Part shown: positions 1-23,399 of the stretch, piece after piece
Layout of the letters: each line of letters begins with the position of its first letter
Position numbering within the stretch: position 1 is the first letter of the stretch
Source of the DNA: Chrysomallon squamiferum
Lineage: Eukaryota; Animalia; Mollusca
Assembly (NCBI GenBank): GCA_012295275.1
Contig: CM022670.1
Span: 41,292,001-41,356,000, forward strand
DNA: 64,000 bases
Direction of reading: 5' to 3'
The notes under the pieces: generated by a model
What the model saw: only the letters and a program-made list of their open reading frames with translations
Told to the model about the DNA's origin: nothing
Databases searched by the model: none
Program-made: the position numbers and the translations under genes

Positions 1-1184
1 CAACCAACAACACAGCCATTTCTCCACACTCGCCCACTTAAAACTACACCAGCTTTTCATCAAACCATTCTCCATGTCCACGATGCCATTGTTGCCAGCA
101 ACCTTACCATGAAAGTGACTGTATCGCAGAGAACACGCTTTTTTAGAGTGCGTTCTGGCATCAGGCTGAAGACTACAAACATTTGCAGCTCCAAAGACAA
201 ATGTTCTGTCCATGCTTGTGATATTGTTCAAGTTTGCAGAACCTTTTTTTTGAAAAGAAGATCGATATGTCTACCATTTTCTATGGCATTTAATATTACA
301 AATTGCAAAATGCACTGGAAATTGTTTATCGAGTTATTATCTTAACAAAGCATTGATATCACTGTCTGTACTGTTCAGAGGTTCAAGTGAAAATCTTTTG
401 TATATGGTCTTTATCAACGTGCACTGTGAGAGAATTACTTTTTTCACTCTCTTTTTAGACAAAAGAATTCTTTTATTGTTGCTGTTAGGAATAGAATTTT
501 ATGAAGTTTTTTTTTTTCCCAATACATTAATGACTGACAAATATTTAGATAAGTAAATGGTAGTGAACTGTATTATAATTACAGCAAACTGTCAACTTAC
601 TTCATAAAGCTTTTAACATCTTGATATGGCCCATGGGATACAAACAAAATGGCTATTGTGTTGATGGTGTGTGTATGTCAATTTTAAAAAGAATATATTT
701 TGTCAATCCTGTTTTTGATAAATAAAAACAAAATGAAAGGTGCTTAGATGTAACCATAACATCAAGAAAGAAGATAACAGATAAATTCAACATCTCAATA
801 TATAAAATAAATTAAAATATTCGTAGACAGCAAATAATGACAGAAAGAAAGAAATAAACAAATAAAGGAACAAACACAAACTAATGACAAAGAAAGAAGG
901 AAGGAAGGAAGGAAAGAAAGGTTTGGAAAAATGATTCATGGGGTAATAAAAATAAGATCTATAAATAATGAGTAATTTTAATTATTATTTATCTTTCTAA
1001 CTTTGACAACAAGCTGATGACTAATTATGAAGATGACTGTATGTTGAGTCACGTTCTTGCTAATGAGTGAAACTCATGATTCCAAGTTTTATTAAAATTT
1101 ATGTAACATTGAGAAAAACCAGTGAAACCTGACACACCGCACACGCAACACATAAAACAAGCGAATAGTGGATCAGTGGTTATA

Positions 1185-1250
1185 ATGTGGCTCAGGGGTC
1201 AAGACACTGACTTTAAGACTGGAAGGTTCTTGTTTCAAATCATGATACTG
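1185..1250 (+). mobile_element. Degenerate tRNA-derived SINE head or tRNA-like relic
   Basis: A-box-like TGGCTCAGGGG (1188) and B-box-like GTTTCAAATC (1232) at tRNA-like spacing; no clean cloverleaf. Confidence 0.35.
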
Positions 1251-4200
1251 CTTGAGAGAAAAGTCTGCAGTATAATTACATCATATACTACTACTACCAC
1301 TTCTACTACCACAACCACAAACCATCACTGCTATTACTATTATTATCATAACCACTAGTACTACTTATCACCTTACAGCATTAATATTACTACTCTACAA
1401 CCACACACTACAGTGACTATTATTATTCATATTATTACTTTTATTATTATTATTATTATTATTATTGATCAGTATTCGCAGTTTTATTGCTATGCATATC
1501 ATTACATTATTTCAGGAATTTAGCGTTTTCTTTTTAATTTTTAATTGTTCCCCTCTCCCGTCCATTTTTTTTTGTCCTGGCAAATAATTTCTTTAGATTC
1601 GCAGCCTCAAAGTGAGAAATTTTTATTTTATGAATACATTACACAGCACTGTAACACTGACATGTGTCTCACGCATGCCCAAGAATGCTGATGACCGATT
1701 CAGTTTGGAGCGAGTGAGTGACTGATGAATCAGCCAAATTTACATCAATTAGCGATTGAATCAGTTCGTTTGGAGGCTGGAATTTCAACAATTGGTTATC
1801 ATTTGTGTTCGATGTGAAATCAGTTGGGCTTGGGTCAAAACAGCAGGCCCTGAGAAACTATCGAACCAGTTACATCATGGGATGTTTCATCTTTTAATGT
1901 TTTTATTTCTTTCCAGGGCTTAAATGACTATTTTGTTGTGTTTATGAGTCATGTGAAGATTACTAGTTAACAGTGTTTGCTGTTAACTAAACGAAGTTGG
2001 GGATGGAGTGGGTTAAATGATGACAACATCACTTGTGAAAATATGTTTTCATTTAGTAGTCATAACTGAATAAATGTTTTCCGTGACAGAATTCTTTAAA
2101 ATATGTTTTATCATTAAACTGTTTATTACTTAAAATGTTGGAGTTTTTTCCTTTCTTCTTTTTTTTTTTTTTTTAAGCCCCAGAATCAGATTTTAAAAAC
2201 CTTTATCTTATGCATTAACGGTAGACCTGAAAGTTACTTAAAAATGAAAATATCACTTTAAAAAGGTTTTAATTCTGAGGCCAGATGACACTGAGATGAG
2301 AGAGATTTCGGTTTTTACAAATGTTGTTGTGAAGCTGGTGACAATGGCTGTGTGAAAGAGACTAATGTTTTTTGTTAACGAGAACAAAGACACACCCAAC
2401 ATCACTTAGTAACCAACCCAGAAAAATAACAATGATGTTGTTGTACAAATAATATTCTTCTTTCTGTCTTTTTTCTTTTGTCCTTTCCTTTGTCCATTAC
2501 TTTTCCTTTCTTCTTTATTTCTTTCTTACTTTCTTTCTTTTAAGCGACGTCATTTTATAATTTATTTTTTTAGCTTCTTTAATTTTCTTTCTCGTTATTT
2601 TCTCTTTACGTTAAATGCAATTTAATTTTATTTTTAAGAAATCTTTTCTTCTTCTTTCTTCTTCTTCATTATTCAAAGATTCAGAAAGTCTTGATAACAA
2701 ATTAAAATCGTTTTATTATTCTTTGCTAATGTTTGTTTTTTTCTGTTCGTTTTGGTTGTTTCTTTTTTTTCAATGACGTAATCACGTAACTGAATGTTTC
2801 AAGTGTTTTAATAATATTAGCTTTCAGATATATTTTTATTAATGTGTCATTATAATCTGTCAACACTTTATCCTAGATTTAGACTTTTTTTTTAAATTGC
2901 TGGAACGGAAATTGCAAATACTGATTAATAATAATAATAATAATAATAATAACAGTGATTAAAAAGGATGTTGATGATGATAATGATAATAACAATAATA
3001 ATAATTATAATAATAATAATAACAATGATAATATTAATGATAATGATAATACTAAAAATGATAATGACAATAACAATAATAATAATAATTAAAAAAACTG
3101 CCACCCATCATATAAATGTGATTTTTCTTCCTTTTTTTTTTCATATTTGTATTTATCTGTATCATCTATAAAAAACATTCATGCAGATAATTCAGAAAAT
3201 GAAACAAATGGACAAACGAAAAAAACAATAAAAAAAAAAACTGCCCTTCGTTTAAATAAGTGTGTCTTTCTTCTTTCTTTCTCTCTGGTATTCATGATTA
3301 CTTAGAATCCTCTGGCTGGTATGCTAATCAGACAATACTGAAACAAAATCTGATAAGGAACAGAATGTTGCATATTACACAATGAGCATTACGGAAGACT
3401 GAAACAGTGGAGATTGTAAACATTGCCTGTAGCTGTTGTTCGCAATCAGATTACCATCGGGTTTACGTGATTTCCATATTCAAATGTGTTCACTGTTACA
3501 CCAACGTCTGTGTCATCCTGCATGCCCGATTAACCCTTTCACTGACAAACATCCATATCAGCACACACAAACATTGTTAGCGTCATCAATATACATAGCT
3601 GTTTTGGGGTATTTCCTAGGCAGAAGTTCTGTTTGTAAATACCATAGATAAATTTCTTTTGTTTATCATTGTTTTTATTCATTTCTTCGTGAGTGGAGGA
3701 AAACAAAAACATATCTGTGTGGATTACGTTTATCCTTTATTATTAGAAAAGACTGATTTCAGCAATGATTAGGATAAGAGTTTAGAAATGTACTAAATCT
3801 GTTTAGGCTGTTTCTTTAGAATTACTAATGAGGATGTATGCTGATTTAACCCTTGAACAAATGTAACTAATAGTATTAGTTTACTTATGTATAATTAATA
3901 TCATTCATACTGTACAACATTTCAGATTACCAGATTAAAATATTTGTTTCCATTTTTGGATTATGCAGTGTTTCAAGTATCATTGTTGAAGACAAAAATT
4001 ATTTTCTTTTTAAGTTTATTTTATTGTTCAAGTCAAATCTAGTTTCCATTTTTATTTCAGGCAATACGTATTAGAGTACAAGCATTGTACAAAACAGCTG
4101 ACCTTTTCAAACAACAAGATATACCTGACACAGTTTTATTTTACTGTTAGACAAAATTAACTTCAGTTCTTTTGAATCTTAGTTTTATTTTACTGCAGGA

Positions 4201-7200
4201 GACAAAATTAACTTCAGTCTTCATCTTACTTGACATTTCTGATGTAATTTTACTTCATTTACGAGTCCAAATTGGCTTCTATTTTGCATGTGACAGATTG
4301 CAATTGGTTTATTTGCAAAGTTATTGTATTATATTCTCCTCTCTAATGATCTCATTTTGAATTACAATATCACATAGTTGATGTTTGTCTACTAACCTAA
4401 TTATCTGTCGTTTCATAACCACGGCAACCCTGATAATCATTAACTGCAGAGCTAAGCTGGCCATGTCTGCCACCAGGAACCAGGAAGATATTGATATCTC
4501 ATCTCAGAGTGCCACGCCAATAACTAACACTGACAAATATTTAGCTCAAAAGTAATCAACATTTTTTCTACTTTCATTGATCTGTGGAAGAAAAGTAATA
4601 AAAAAATGTTCTAAAAATAATAAAAATAATAGATAAAAGTAATTGATATTCTCTCTCCTGGTGTCACGTTTGTTGTCGAACTTAGCTTCCGAATTTCAAA
4701 GAACATAAAACATTGATGGTTTGCGTAAGAGGTTATTATTATTTTTTTTTTAAAAAGCACAATAAAGATTTTTAATATTTAATTGCAAAATTGAAGGCAA
4801 AAAAAAAAAAAAAAAAAACAGCCAACGTGTTAGAACAATACAATAACGGTTCAATACAAAGTATTTAATTCCAAAATTCAAGGGAAATATTTTATTTTTA
4901 CATCCGTTTTGAAAAAAAAAAAAAAAAAAAAAAAAAAAATGAATGGAATAATGAAGGGAAAGAAGAAAAGAAATAAAAATAAAGAAAACATTTAATCTTT
5001 TGTCCAACTGCTGCAGCAATTTGAATAATTTGAAGAAGTGAAATAAGTGTGCTGGCACTTAGTAGAAGATTGCTCACAAAAATCAATGACTGCAATTCTG
5101 GTCAAAGCAATTCCAAAGCAGCACTATCAAATAAATTTCTGTTTTTTTTTTCTTTTTTTTCATTCTTCTTTAAACAAGAGTAAAAAAAAAAAAAAAAATT
5201 GAAAAAAAAGATAAAAAAAGATATATTCTTCTTAGAATTAGTAATTTTTTTTTTTGTTAATTAAATGTTTAAATAAAGTGATGAATTACAAGAATGAAAA
5301 AAAAAAAAATAATTTTGTTTTTCTTCAAAAACAAACTAAATTAAAATATTATTTATTGTCCTGTTGTATATTCTTCTGAAAATGGATTTGTTATATTATT
5401 ATTTCTGTTTCAGTTTTATCTTATTCAGAGTTTCAAGTTGAAGGTTTTTGTGTGACACTACTGATTTATTTTTAACTTCGTCTCAGAATAAAGATATTTG
5501 ACAACACAGCCAAAACCAATTCCAGCTCAAACCACAGTTTGAGAAAACAGAATGAGAGAAAGAATGAAAATTCTAGACGAAGAGTAGAACTTTAAATTAA
5601 AAAAAAAAAAAAAAAAAGGTTTAAAAATTAAAAAAAAAAAAAAAATGTAAAGTATAATTTAATTTTACTTTGATTAATACTGTGAACTGTTAAAGCATCA
5701 GTCTGGTTTCAATCTGTTTTCATCTTTTTTATTTTATGTATAACAAACCACAGAATAAAGACTGATGAAGAAAAAGTAATTAAAAAAAAGAGAAAAGAAA
5801 CAGGAAGACAAAGAAAGACAGATGGTATGGGACAGATGTTTGTGAAGAAGACAAAACAAATAATTTATCTAATACTGTAGACATGTTGTGATATATGTAT
5901 GACAAAAGAAAATTTGTATAATTTTATACTGTTATTAGTTTTCTGTTTAAATATTCTGTCCATCAATTTACACCCACACACACATAAACTCACAGACTGC
6001 ATACACACATATTCTTTTACATGTATACATATATTCTAAAATACACACATACAAACATACATACACACAAACACACATAAAACAAGCACATACACATGAA
6101 CACACTAACACACAAACCAGAACACATACATACACTCATACATATACTTACACAAACACACCTACACACAAACGTACTCGCACACACACACACAGTCAGA
6201 CAGCCCTATAGCTGAGAACGTGACAAAAAAAAAAAAACTTATTATCTTTATTGACAGATAAGATCTCTCCTGTTTACTCTGATATTAAACAAAAAAAAGT
6301 AGTTAATTTGTCCTTCAGTTTGATTTATGATGTGGGTGTCGTAAGTTCAAACACCAAGATCAGATAATCATACTTAACTTTTTATTTTTTTTACTTTCTC
6401 TGTCCTGTGAATGAATTCAGTTAATAAAGTATCCCACGTCTTTCTGTCCTGTAGTCTCAACTCGCATTTTAACCTTAGTGATCATGCTGAGTGTTTTAAT
6501 CATTCAAATTGAATGTATCATTAAAACAAAACATTCTGAACAATCATGGCATGACTTGGATGTCAGTTATATGTACATATGTATGATATATAATAAACAA
6601 ATGTACACGAGTATAGAGAGAAAACAAACATATACAGACTGACAGATAAACTGATATATAAATATATATATATAAATATAGATATATAGAGAGAGAGAGA
6701 GAGAGAGAGAGGCAGACAGACAGACAGATATATAGACAGATTGATAGAGAAAAATAATTGATAGATGAATAGAGAGATTTATAGACAGACAGACAGAAAT
6801 ACATACATATAAATAGAAAAAAATAGTTATTTTATGGTGATATATTTTTGTTGTTTTATAGATTGATTCCACTGCCAGTTTAACAATTTAATTTCCTTTT
6901 AAATGACTAAGTACAACGATAAATTATTTACTTTTGTGAAAATTTACAGCCTTAGTTCTTTTTACTAATATATTCTCCTGTGTTTATTGTTGTTTGGAGA
7001 AGCCAGTTTATATTTGTTTTAAATCAGCAAACATTTAGTGATGTATTCTTGAAAACATCTGAGTGACAAAAAAAACCAGTGTTATGACACAAAATGAAAT
7101 TCTGAGAAACAGTTTCATGTTAAAACATCTCTGTTGGCTGTGTTTATTTTCAGAGTTTACTGGGAATATGTGGGGTTTTGTAGTTGGTTACTGTTTTCTT

Positions 7201-7975
7201 CTTTTTCTTCTTCTTTTTGATGAAGAGGTAATGTTCATAGATTACAGTATTTTATCTTCTTTTAGTCTTTCACAGTAACAGATAAAAAAAAATCATTTTC
7301 TCCAAGTACAGCAATAATGTATGATTGTGTTTTCCTCCCATTTACAAACCTCACCATTCTCTAAACATATTACCAAAATTTTACATTATTTAAATTAAAC
7401 AACATTATTACCCAAATATAACATTATTTAAGCAAAATGTCACTATTATGAAAATAGAATATTTCACAATTACCCCATAGTAAATAAAACATTTTTGAAA
7501 AAAACACACGTGACTTTTGAACCATCAAACATTTGAAATATCACCTCCACTCATGTATTTATATTGATCTTCTTTCACCAAACTACAACAATGACTTGAC
7601 TTATTTCAAAAGATGACTTTCAAACGCCCAGCAATAATTAACTTCAATCAAAGATTTCATCAATTTCCTCACTCACTTGAAGGAAAGAAGAAAAAGGGAA
7701 AAAAAAGAACACGAAATGTTCAAAGTCTCTCTGAGATCAATACTATCAACGATGCAGCAATAAAACATCAGCGCTGCTGCTATGCGCACGATGTTGATGA
7801 TGTGTGATCACTTGACCAACTGTAATTAGACGGAAAGCAACATGTAGTGACACCATAATCAATTCTTCACTTGCACGTCTTCGTAACGATGTCGCTGCGT
7901 CGATGCTAAAAAGACTTTATTTATGTCCTAACCACACGAACACTGTAGTTTGTGCCTGATTAGAGCACGTCAGTG

Positions 7976-8923
7976 TCTGAAGTTATGTCAGAGTAATCAG
8001 AGTGAAGTTATGTCAGTGATCAGTGTGTGAAGTTATGTCAGTGTTGTGTGTGTGAAGTTGTGTCAGAGTAGTCAGTGTCTGAAGTTATGTCAGAGTGATC
8101 AGCGTGTGAAGTTATGTCAGAGTGGTCAGTGTGTGAAGTTATGTCAGAGTGATCAGTGTGGAAGTTATGTCAGAGTGATGAGATTGTGAATATGTCAGTG
8201 TTGTGTGTGAAGTTATTTCAGAGTGATCAGTGTGTGAAGTTATGTCAGTGTTGTGTGTGTGAAGTTATGTCAGTGTTGTGTGTGAAGTTATGTCAGAGTG
8301 ATCAGGTGTGTGAAGTTATGTCAGAGTGATCAGTGTGTGAAGTTATGTCAGAGTAGTCAGTGTATGAAGTTATGTCAGTAATCAGTGTGTGAAGTTATGT
8401 CAGAGTGGCCAGTGTGTGAAGTTATGTCAGTGTTGTGTGTGAAGTTATGTCAGAGTAATCAGTGTGTTTAAATCAATATATGATATCTATTTGGAGATCA
8501 TCTGAAGTTATGTCAGAGTGATCAGCGTGTGAAGTTATGTCAGAGTGGTCAGTGTGTGAAGTTATGTCAGAGTGATCAGTGTGGAAGTTATGTCAGAGTG
8601 ATGAGATTGTGAAGTATGTCAGTGTTGTGTGTGAAGTTATTTCAGAGTGATCAGTGTGTGAAGTTATGTCAGTGTTGTGTGTGTGAAGTTATGTCAGTGT
8701 TGTGTGTGAAGTTATGTCAGAGTGATCAGTGTGTGAAGTTATGTCAGAGTGATCAGTGTGTGAAGTTATGTCAGAGTAGTCAGTGTATGAAGTTATGTCA
8801 GTAATCAGTGTGTGAAGTTATGTCAGAGTGGCCAGTGTGTGAAGTTATGTCAGTGTTGTGTGTGAAGTTATGTCAGAGTAATCAGTGTGTTTAAATCAAT
8901 ATATGATATCTATTTGGAGATCA
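7976..8923. repeat. ~27-bp minisatellite (GAAGTTATGTCAGAGTGATCAGTGTGT) with ~423-bp higher-order tandem duplication
   Basis: Unit visible throughout; 8079-8501 repeated at 8502-8923 including the unique tail TTAAATCAATATATGATATCTATTTGGAGATCAT. Confidence 0.92.
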
Positions 8924-9099
8924 TTTCATCATTTTGATGTTAACATAAAGTTAACATAAAGGAACAGTTAAAATAAGTTTGTATTATCATTTTAATGTTA
9001 ACATTTAACATGATGTGATGAGAGAAAATTACTGCCAGTGTTTGTGACTACACAAGACAAAAACGTAAATATTTAACTGTTGCCCTAATGATAGTATAA

Positions 9100-9620
9100 A
9101 AGTGAAGACTGCTCATTTGTTTGATCTACAAAAATCAACATTTTAGAAACTGAAAAACAAAATTTAACCATGGGAGGATATCTTTTGCTTCAGTTTAATT
9201 TACAAAAATTTACATTTTTGAAATAGCAGCAAGACCAATTAATTTTTGGTTGATGATAACATCTGAAATAATGGCAAATCTGCTGCTTCAGTTTGTTTTT
9301 GATCTACATTAAACAACATTTTAGATTTGTTATAAGATTAAAAGCAAGATCTAATTATTTTTAATGTTAACAATTGACACAAAGGTGATATGAGAGAAAA
9401 TCAACAGCTACAGTCTGTGTTTAATCTACACAAATCAACATTTTAGATTATGTTAGAAAACAAAAACAAAAAAATTAAAATGAAAATCAATTTTCAGTTA
9501 ATGGTAAGAATTGATATAAAGGTGATATCAATGGAAATCTACTCCTGAAGTTTGAATCATCTACAAAAATCTACATTTTAGGTATATTAAAAGATAAAAA
9601 CAAAGATCTAATTTTGGTTT
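9100..9620. repeat. Old degenerate repeat of irregular period (core ATCTACAAAAATCAACATTTTAGA)
   Basis: Core recurs near 9123, 9302, 9424 and 9559, with a weaker copy near 9200. Confidence 0.6.
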
Positions 9621-10235
9621 ACATTTGCCCATTACTGTCCTGATATTGTAAAAAACATAAATCAATATTTTAACATAAACAATTTATACAATAATGATAA
9701 AATAGAAAAACCTGTATAGATCTGGTCTTACTCATCAAAACAACATTTTTGTATAGATATTTTCAGTTCAAAAAGTACACACACCTCTTGTAAACTAGTA
9801 GTTGAAAATGAAAAGAAATTACTCAATAGCCTAACCAATGAACTATAGTAAAATTTCTGTATTCATCACGAATTGTCACTGAACAATCCTACTGCCACAG
9901 TTATAAATTAGAATTTCTCTTTGTCTCACATACAAAAGGAAAAATCTATCAGTGTTAAAATAAAATATTACAATAAAATTGATAATGAACACATTGAAAA
10001 TGTTCATAACAAAACACAATTTATGTTTTTTTTTGTGCCCAAATCAATAATAAATTTTTCTTAGAACACAGTTATATTGTCTTAGCAAAATAATAAATTC
10101 TTCTAAAGACAAAATGTATTTTTTTATTGCCATTGTTTTTAATTAGTTAAAGAAAAAATGTATATATATATATATATATATATATGAAAGATAAATATAT
10201 ATATAAAAAAAAAAAAAAGAAAAAGAAATAATTTT

Positions 10236-10470
10236 AAAAACTGCATGTGAAGGAACCACAAAAAAGCAATGGAATGCAGTATGACAATATATATATATAT
10301 ATTGAAAAGAAAGAAAGAAAGAATTAAAAAATTGCATGTGAAGAAACTACACAAAGCAATGGAATATGGTATGACAACAATATATATAGAAAAGAAAGAA
10401 AGAAAGAAAGAATTTTAAAAATTGAATGTGAAGGAACCACAGAAAAGTAATAGAATGTGGTTTGACAACA
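10236..10470. repeat. Three ~90-100-bp tandem copies (TGCATGTGAAGGAACCACA...GCAATGGAAT...TGACAA)
   Basis: Copies start near 10240, 10330 and 10420. Confidence 0.75.
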
Positions 10471-12871
10471 AAAGCCTGCAGAAAGAAATAAAGGTTGCTC
10501 ATTTCAAGTCAGCTGACACGCTACGTGAAGTTAGAACAATTCACCATCAAGCTAATGAGGAAGCTGACACAAGGAAGACAAACAGAAAACCTCGATCACT
10601 TCGTAATGGACTCAGAATGTATTTTTTGTGGAAATTTTTCTAAGTCGCCCTCCAAGACTACATTAGCAAGATGAATTACAAGAGATATGACATTTGTCAA
10701 AACAAGCAAAGATTAAATCAATAGGAAGATAATTTTCAATTCAAATGTGACTGAAACACGCAAAGTTGTAGTCTTTCTCAGAGCACTGTGATCATCTCCC
10801 ACATTTTAAAAATGATTTAGAAAGAGGAAAATTGGCTGATCTGTCAGAATAAAAACATCCCTCGTGATCTGCATATGAATTTTAGAAAATTAATATCAGT
10901 TAATGCAATTTCCATATATATCCATACACAACTTGACAGGCCGCAGCTCTCCGAGGCTCTTTGCGTTTTCTCGAAGGGAGCTGGAAATGAAGTGTAGATG
11001 ACACCTGATGACTCTTCAGAATTCACAGCCAGCCATTCTGTCTTTGAGCAGCAATCTGCATCAATTAAAACATGCAGAGTGGCTCTTACATCAAAGAAAA
11101 GCACGGCTAGTGAGATAAAAAGGAAAAGTGCAAGGATCTGCTGTATCTGAACTCAAACTAGCAGGTCTTACAACAAACTACTATTGGCAGATCTTGAACT
11201 GTTTAAGTCTGTTAAGTAGATGTTTTGGGAAAAAATACTCCTCATTCGCAACTATACTTGTCACAAAAAAGTTAAAATACATCTCAATATAAAAACAAAC
11301 AGCTCTGACCAAAAAACCACCCCAAAAACAACAAAACAATTCTATTTAAATTCTTCCATTTTAGAAACCCATAACACACAATATGTTTTATGGTTATAAA
11401 CACAGTCATTCATAAGCACACTTAAATAAATAAATAAAAATTTGTTTCTTCCTTCTTCAGTGTAAGTTTTAACTTATAAATACAGAAATGTGACTTTGTA
11501 CACAGATATTAAAAAGTTAACTTTAGCAGTAAGTGATGTTTTGTGTGTACCACCCCATGGGCAGGACTGAACAAATCAAAAACTAACTAAAAACTGATGC
11601 TGTAATGGGATACAGAAAATGAATTAAAACTAAATCAAACAACTCCACTGAAAGTTATGCTGATTTAACTGTCTGAGACCAGAAAAGAAATTTCCAGCAG
11701 TTTGAACCTCAATTAGGCAGAGCACTGGTACAATTCATTTCTATTCTGAAATTCATAACTTCCCTGGCAGACTGAAAAGATGTCAATGGCATTGGTATTC
11801 AGCAGAAACAATTCCAAAGAGTTGTTTCCATAGCAAGTTAAATTAACTTTCTTCACTCGAATAATTCAATTTGATCTCGTTTGACAGCCTCATAGCATCA
11901 ACAAGTACCTTTCACTCCACTGCATTTTAATTTATCCTGAAAATCTTTTCTTTTTTTTTTTTCAGCCCACCAAATTAGACTATTATATAAACAGAGCCAT
12001 TTTAATACTGTCTGATTACTTTCAAAGGTTGTATAAATTATGAAAATGTTATTTTTAATAATTCAGCAGTAATTATATATCAGACAAATTATCTTAAATA
12101 GAAATTCTAAATACATAAAGAAAGTAATCTAATTCATGTTTAAACTTCATACTTTTTATAAATTAAATTTTAAAAAAAGATGAAAAAAGTAGAAGGTGCT
12201 TTAAGAATAATAATGTCTGCCTAATAATCAGTTCATAAAACGATTAGACTTAAAAATATTGTTTCTTTTTCAAATTTCAATAGATTTTGTTTTGGTGGCT
12301 TTGACAATATTTGTAATCATAATGAGTCAAATCATTTGCTTCTTTGACTAAATGCCCTGTGTTTTAAGAAAAACAACAAAACCTCTGTGAGCCCAAATAT
12401 GTTAGCGTTATTATTTAAGCAACAAAGAACATTAAATGTAACCATGTAAGTTCCTAATCTGGAAAAATGCTGGAAATGAAAACATCAAATGCTGACAAAA
12501 GACCACACAACCTACATGCAGGGCCATCTTAAGAAACTGGAACTCATAGAAGTTGTCTAGAGACCCTACTGGTCTAGGGACCAGTCCAGCCCAGTACATG
12601 ATATGGTTTGGTGTCAATAAATTTGTGATTGTGTAAGTAGTGGTCCCAATACATTGCTTTGCTTGTACATGTATTTTAAAATAATTTTTATAATGCTACC
12701 ATGCATACAATTTGTATTAAATTTGAGCTATTTTAAAATAATTTGTCTCAGCTTTTAAATGCATCATAATTAATGGTGAAACTGAGATGTTTAGATATAT
12801 ACATCTCAGAAATGTACTCATTACTTACTGCAATTATTATGTTTTATCTCCATCTTCTTCACTGCATAATC

Positions 12872-13556
12872 AATGAGATATAATCTTAGCTGTATACAAC
12901 AGTTCATAGTGCAAAACAATAACTATGAGATATAATTTTAGCTGTATACAACAGTTCATAGTGCAAAACAATAACTATGAGATATAATCTTAGCTGTATA
13001 CAACAGTTCATATTGCAAAATATCTGAGATATAAAAAGTTCTGTATTTAGTTCACAATGCAAAACAGTATCTGAGGTACCATTTCAGCTGTATACAACAG
13101 ATCACAGTCCAAAACAATATCATCTTAGCTGTATATAACATCTCACACAGCAAAATGAGATCATGTTGCAAATAGTGAGATGTCATGTCTCACATTGCAA
13201 ACAGTGAGATATCATGTTTCACAGTGCGAATAGTGAGATAGCATATCTCACATTGCAAAATAGCAAGGTATCATGTTTCACAGTGCAAATAGTGAGATAT
13301 GTTTTACATGTCAAATAGTGAGATAACATGTCTCACATTTCAAATAGCGAGATATCATTTCTCAGAGCAAATAGTGAGGTATCATGTTTCACAATGCAAA
13401 AAGTGAGATATCAAATTTCACAATGCAAAATAGTGAGATATCATGTCTCATAGTGCAAAAAGTGAGATATCATGTCTCACATTTTTTCAAATACTGAAAT
13501 ATCATGTCTCACATTTCATATAGTGAGATATCACATCTCACAATGCAAAAAGTGAT
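12872..13556. repeat. Compound minisatellite: ~52-bp unit grading into ~30-bp unit (TAGTGAGATATCATGTCTCACATTGCAAA)
   Basis: Direct inspection; ends ~10 nt from the AGBL4 exon 9 donor. Confidence 0.85.
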
Positions 13557-13566
13557 TGTGTCTTAC

Positions 13567-22921
<9,355 letters not shown>

Positions 22922-23399
22922 GATAGTTGCTAAACAAAACTGAAACCAGTTGCACCTTCCGATTTGACAATTGGATGAATGGTCTCACGTGATTAAGTAT
23001 ACTGGGGGAGAACACATGCGGAACATAAATATAGGAATCAGTTATTAAATAAGTGTTGAGGACTGTTAAGCGATGCTAATATTACCTTAAATTTTGTTAA
23101 ATAAAATATAAATTCCTTTTATAGATTTGGCAGATATGAATAGAATAAAATTATTAAAATTTATTCGTTCATTGAAAATAAAACGGCATACACTATATTT
23201 TAATACAAATCCCGCCACAAGGGAAATAGCACGCGCATTTTTTTTTTAAAAATGGCACGAAGAAAAATAGATCCATATTTATTGATAAAACGTGGCATGT
23301 ACCTGTCAAATTGACAACTTTTCTAAATCAAACTTTACAGACGGATCCATAATTAACACCATCGCATAATATACAGTTATTGACTTTGAAGGTTACAAT

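Noticed and set aside
1185-1250. Functional tRNA gene
   Set aside because: A/B boxes are degenerate and I could not build acceptor or anticodon stems; kept only as a low-confidence SINE relic.
8616-8804. Cys-rich repetitive ORF resembling a metallothionein
   Set aside because: Translation of the 27-bp minisatellite.
10844-12617. Minus-strand ORFs 10844..11104 and 12432..12617 as the missing AGBL4 exon 10
   Set aside because: Neither resembles the expected FLGG...YTLEVSF segment.
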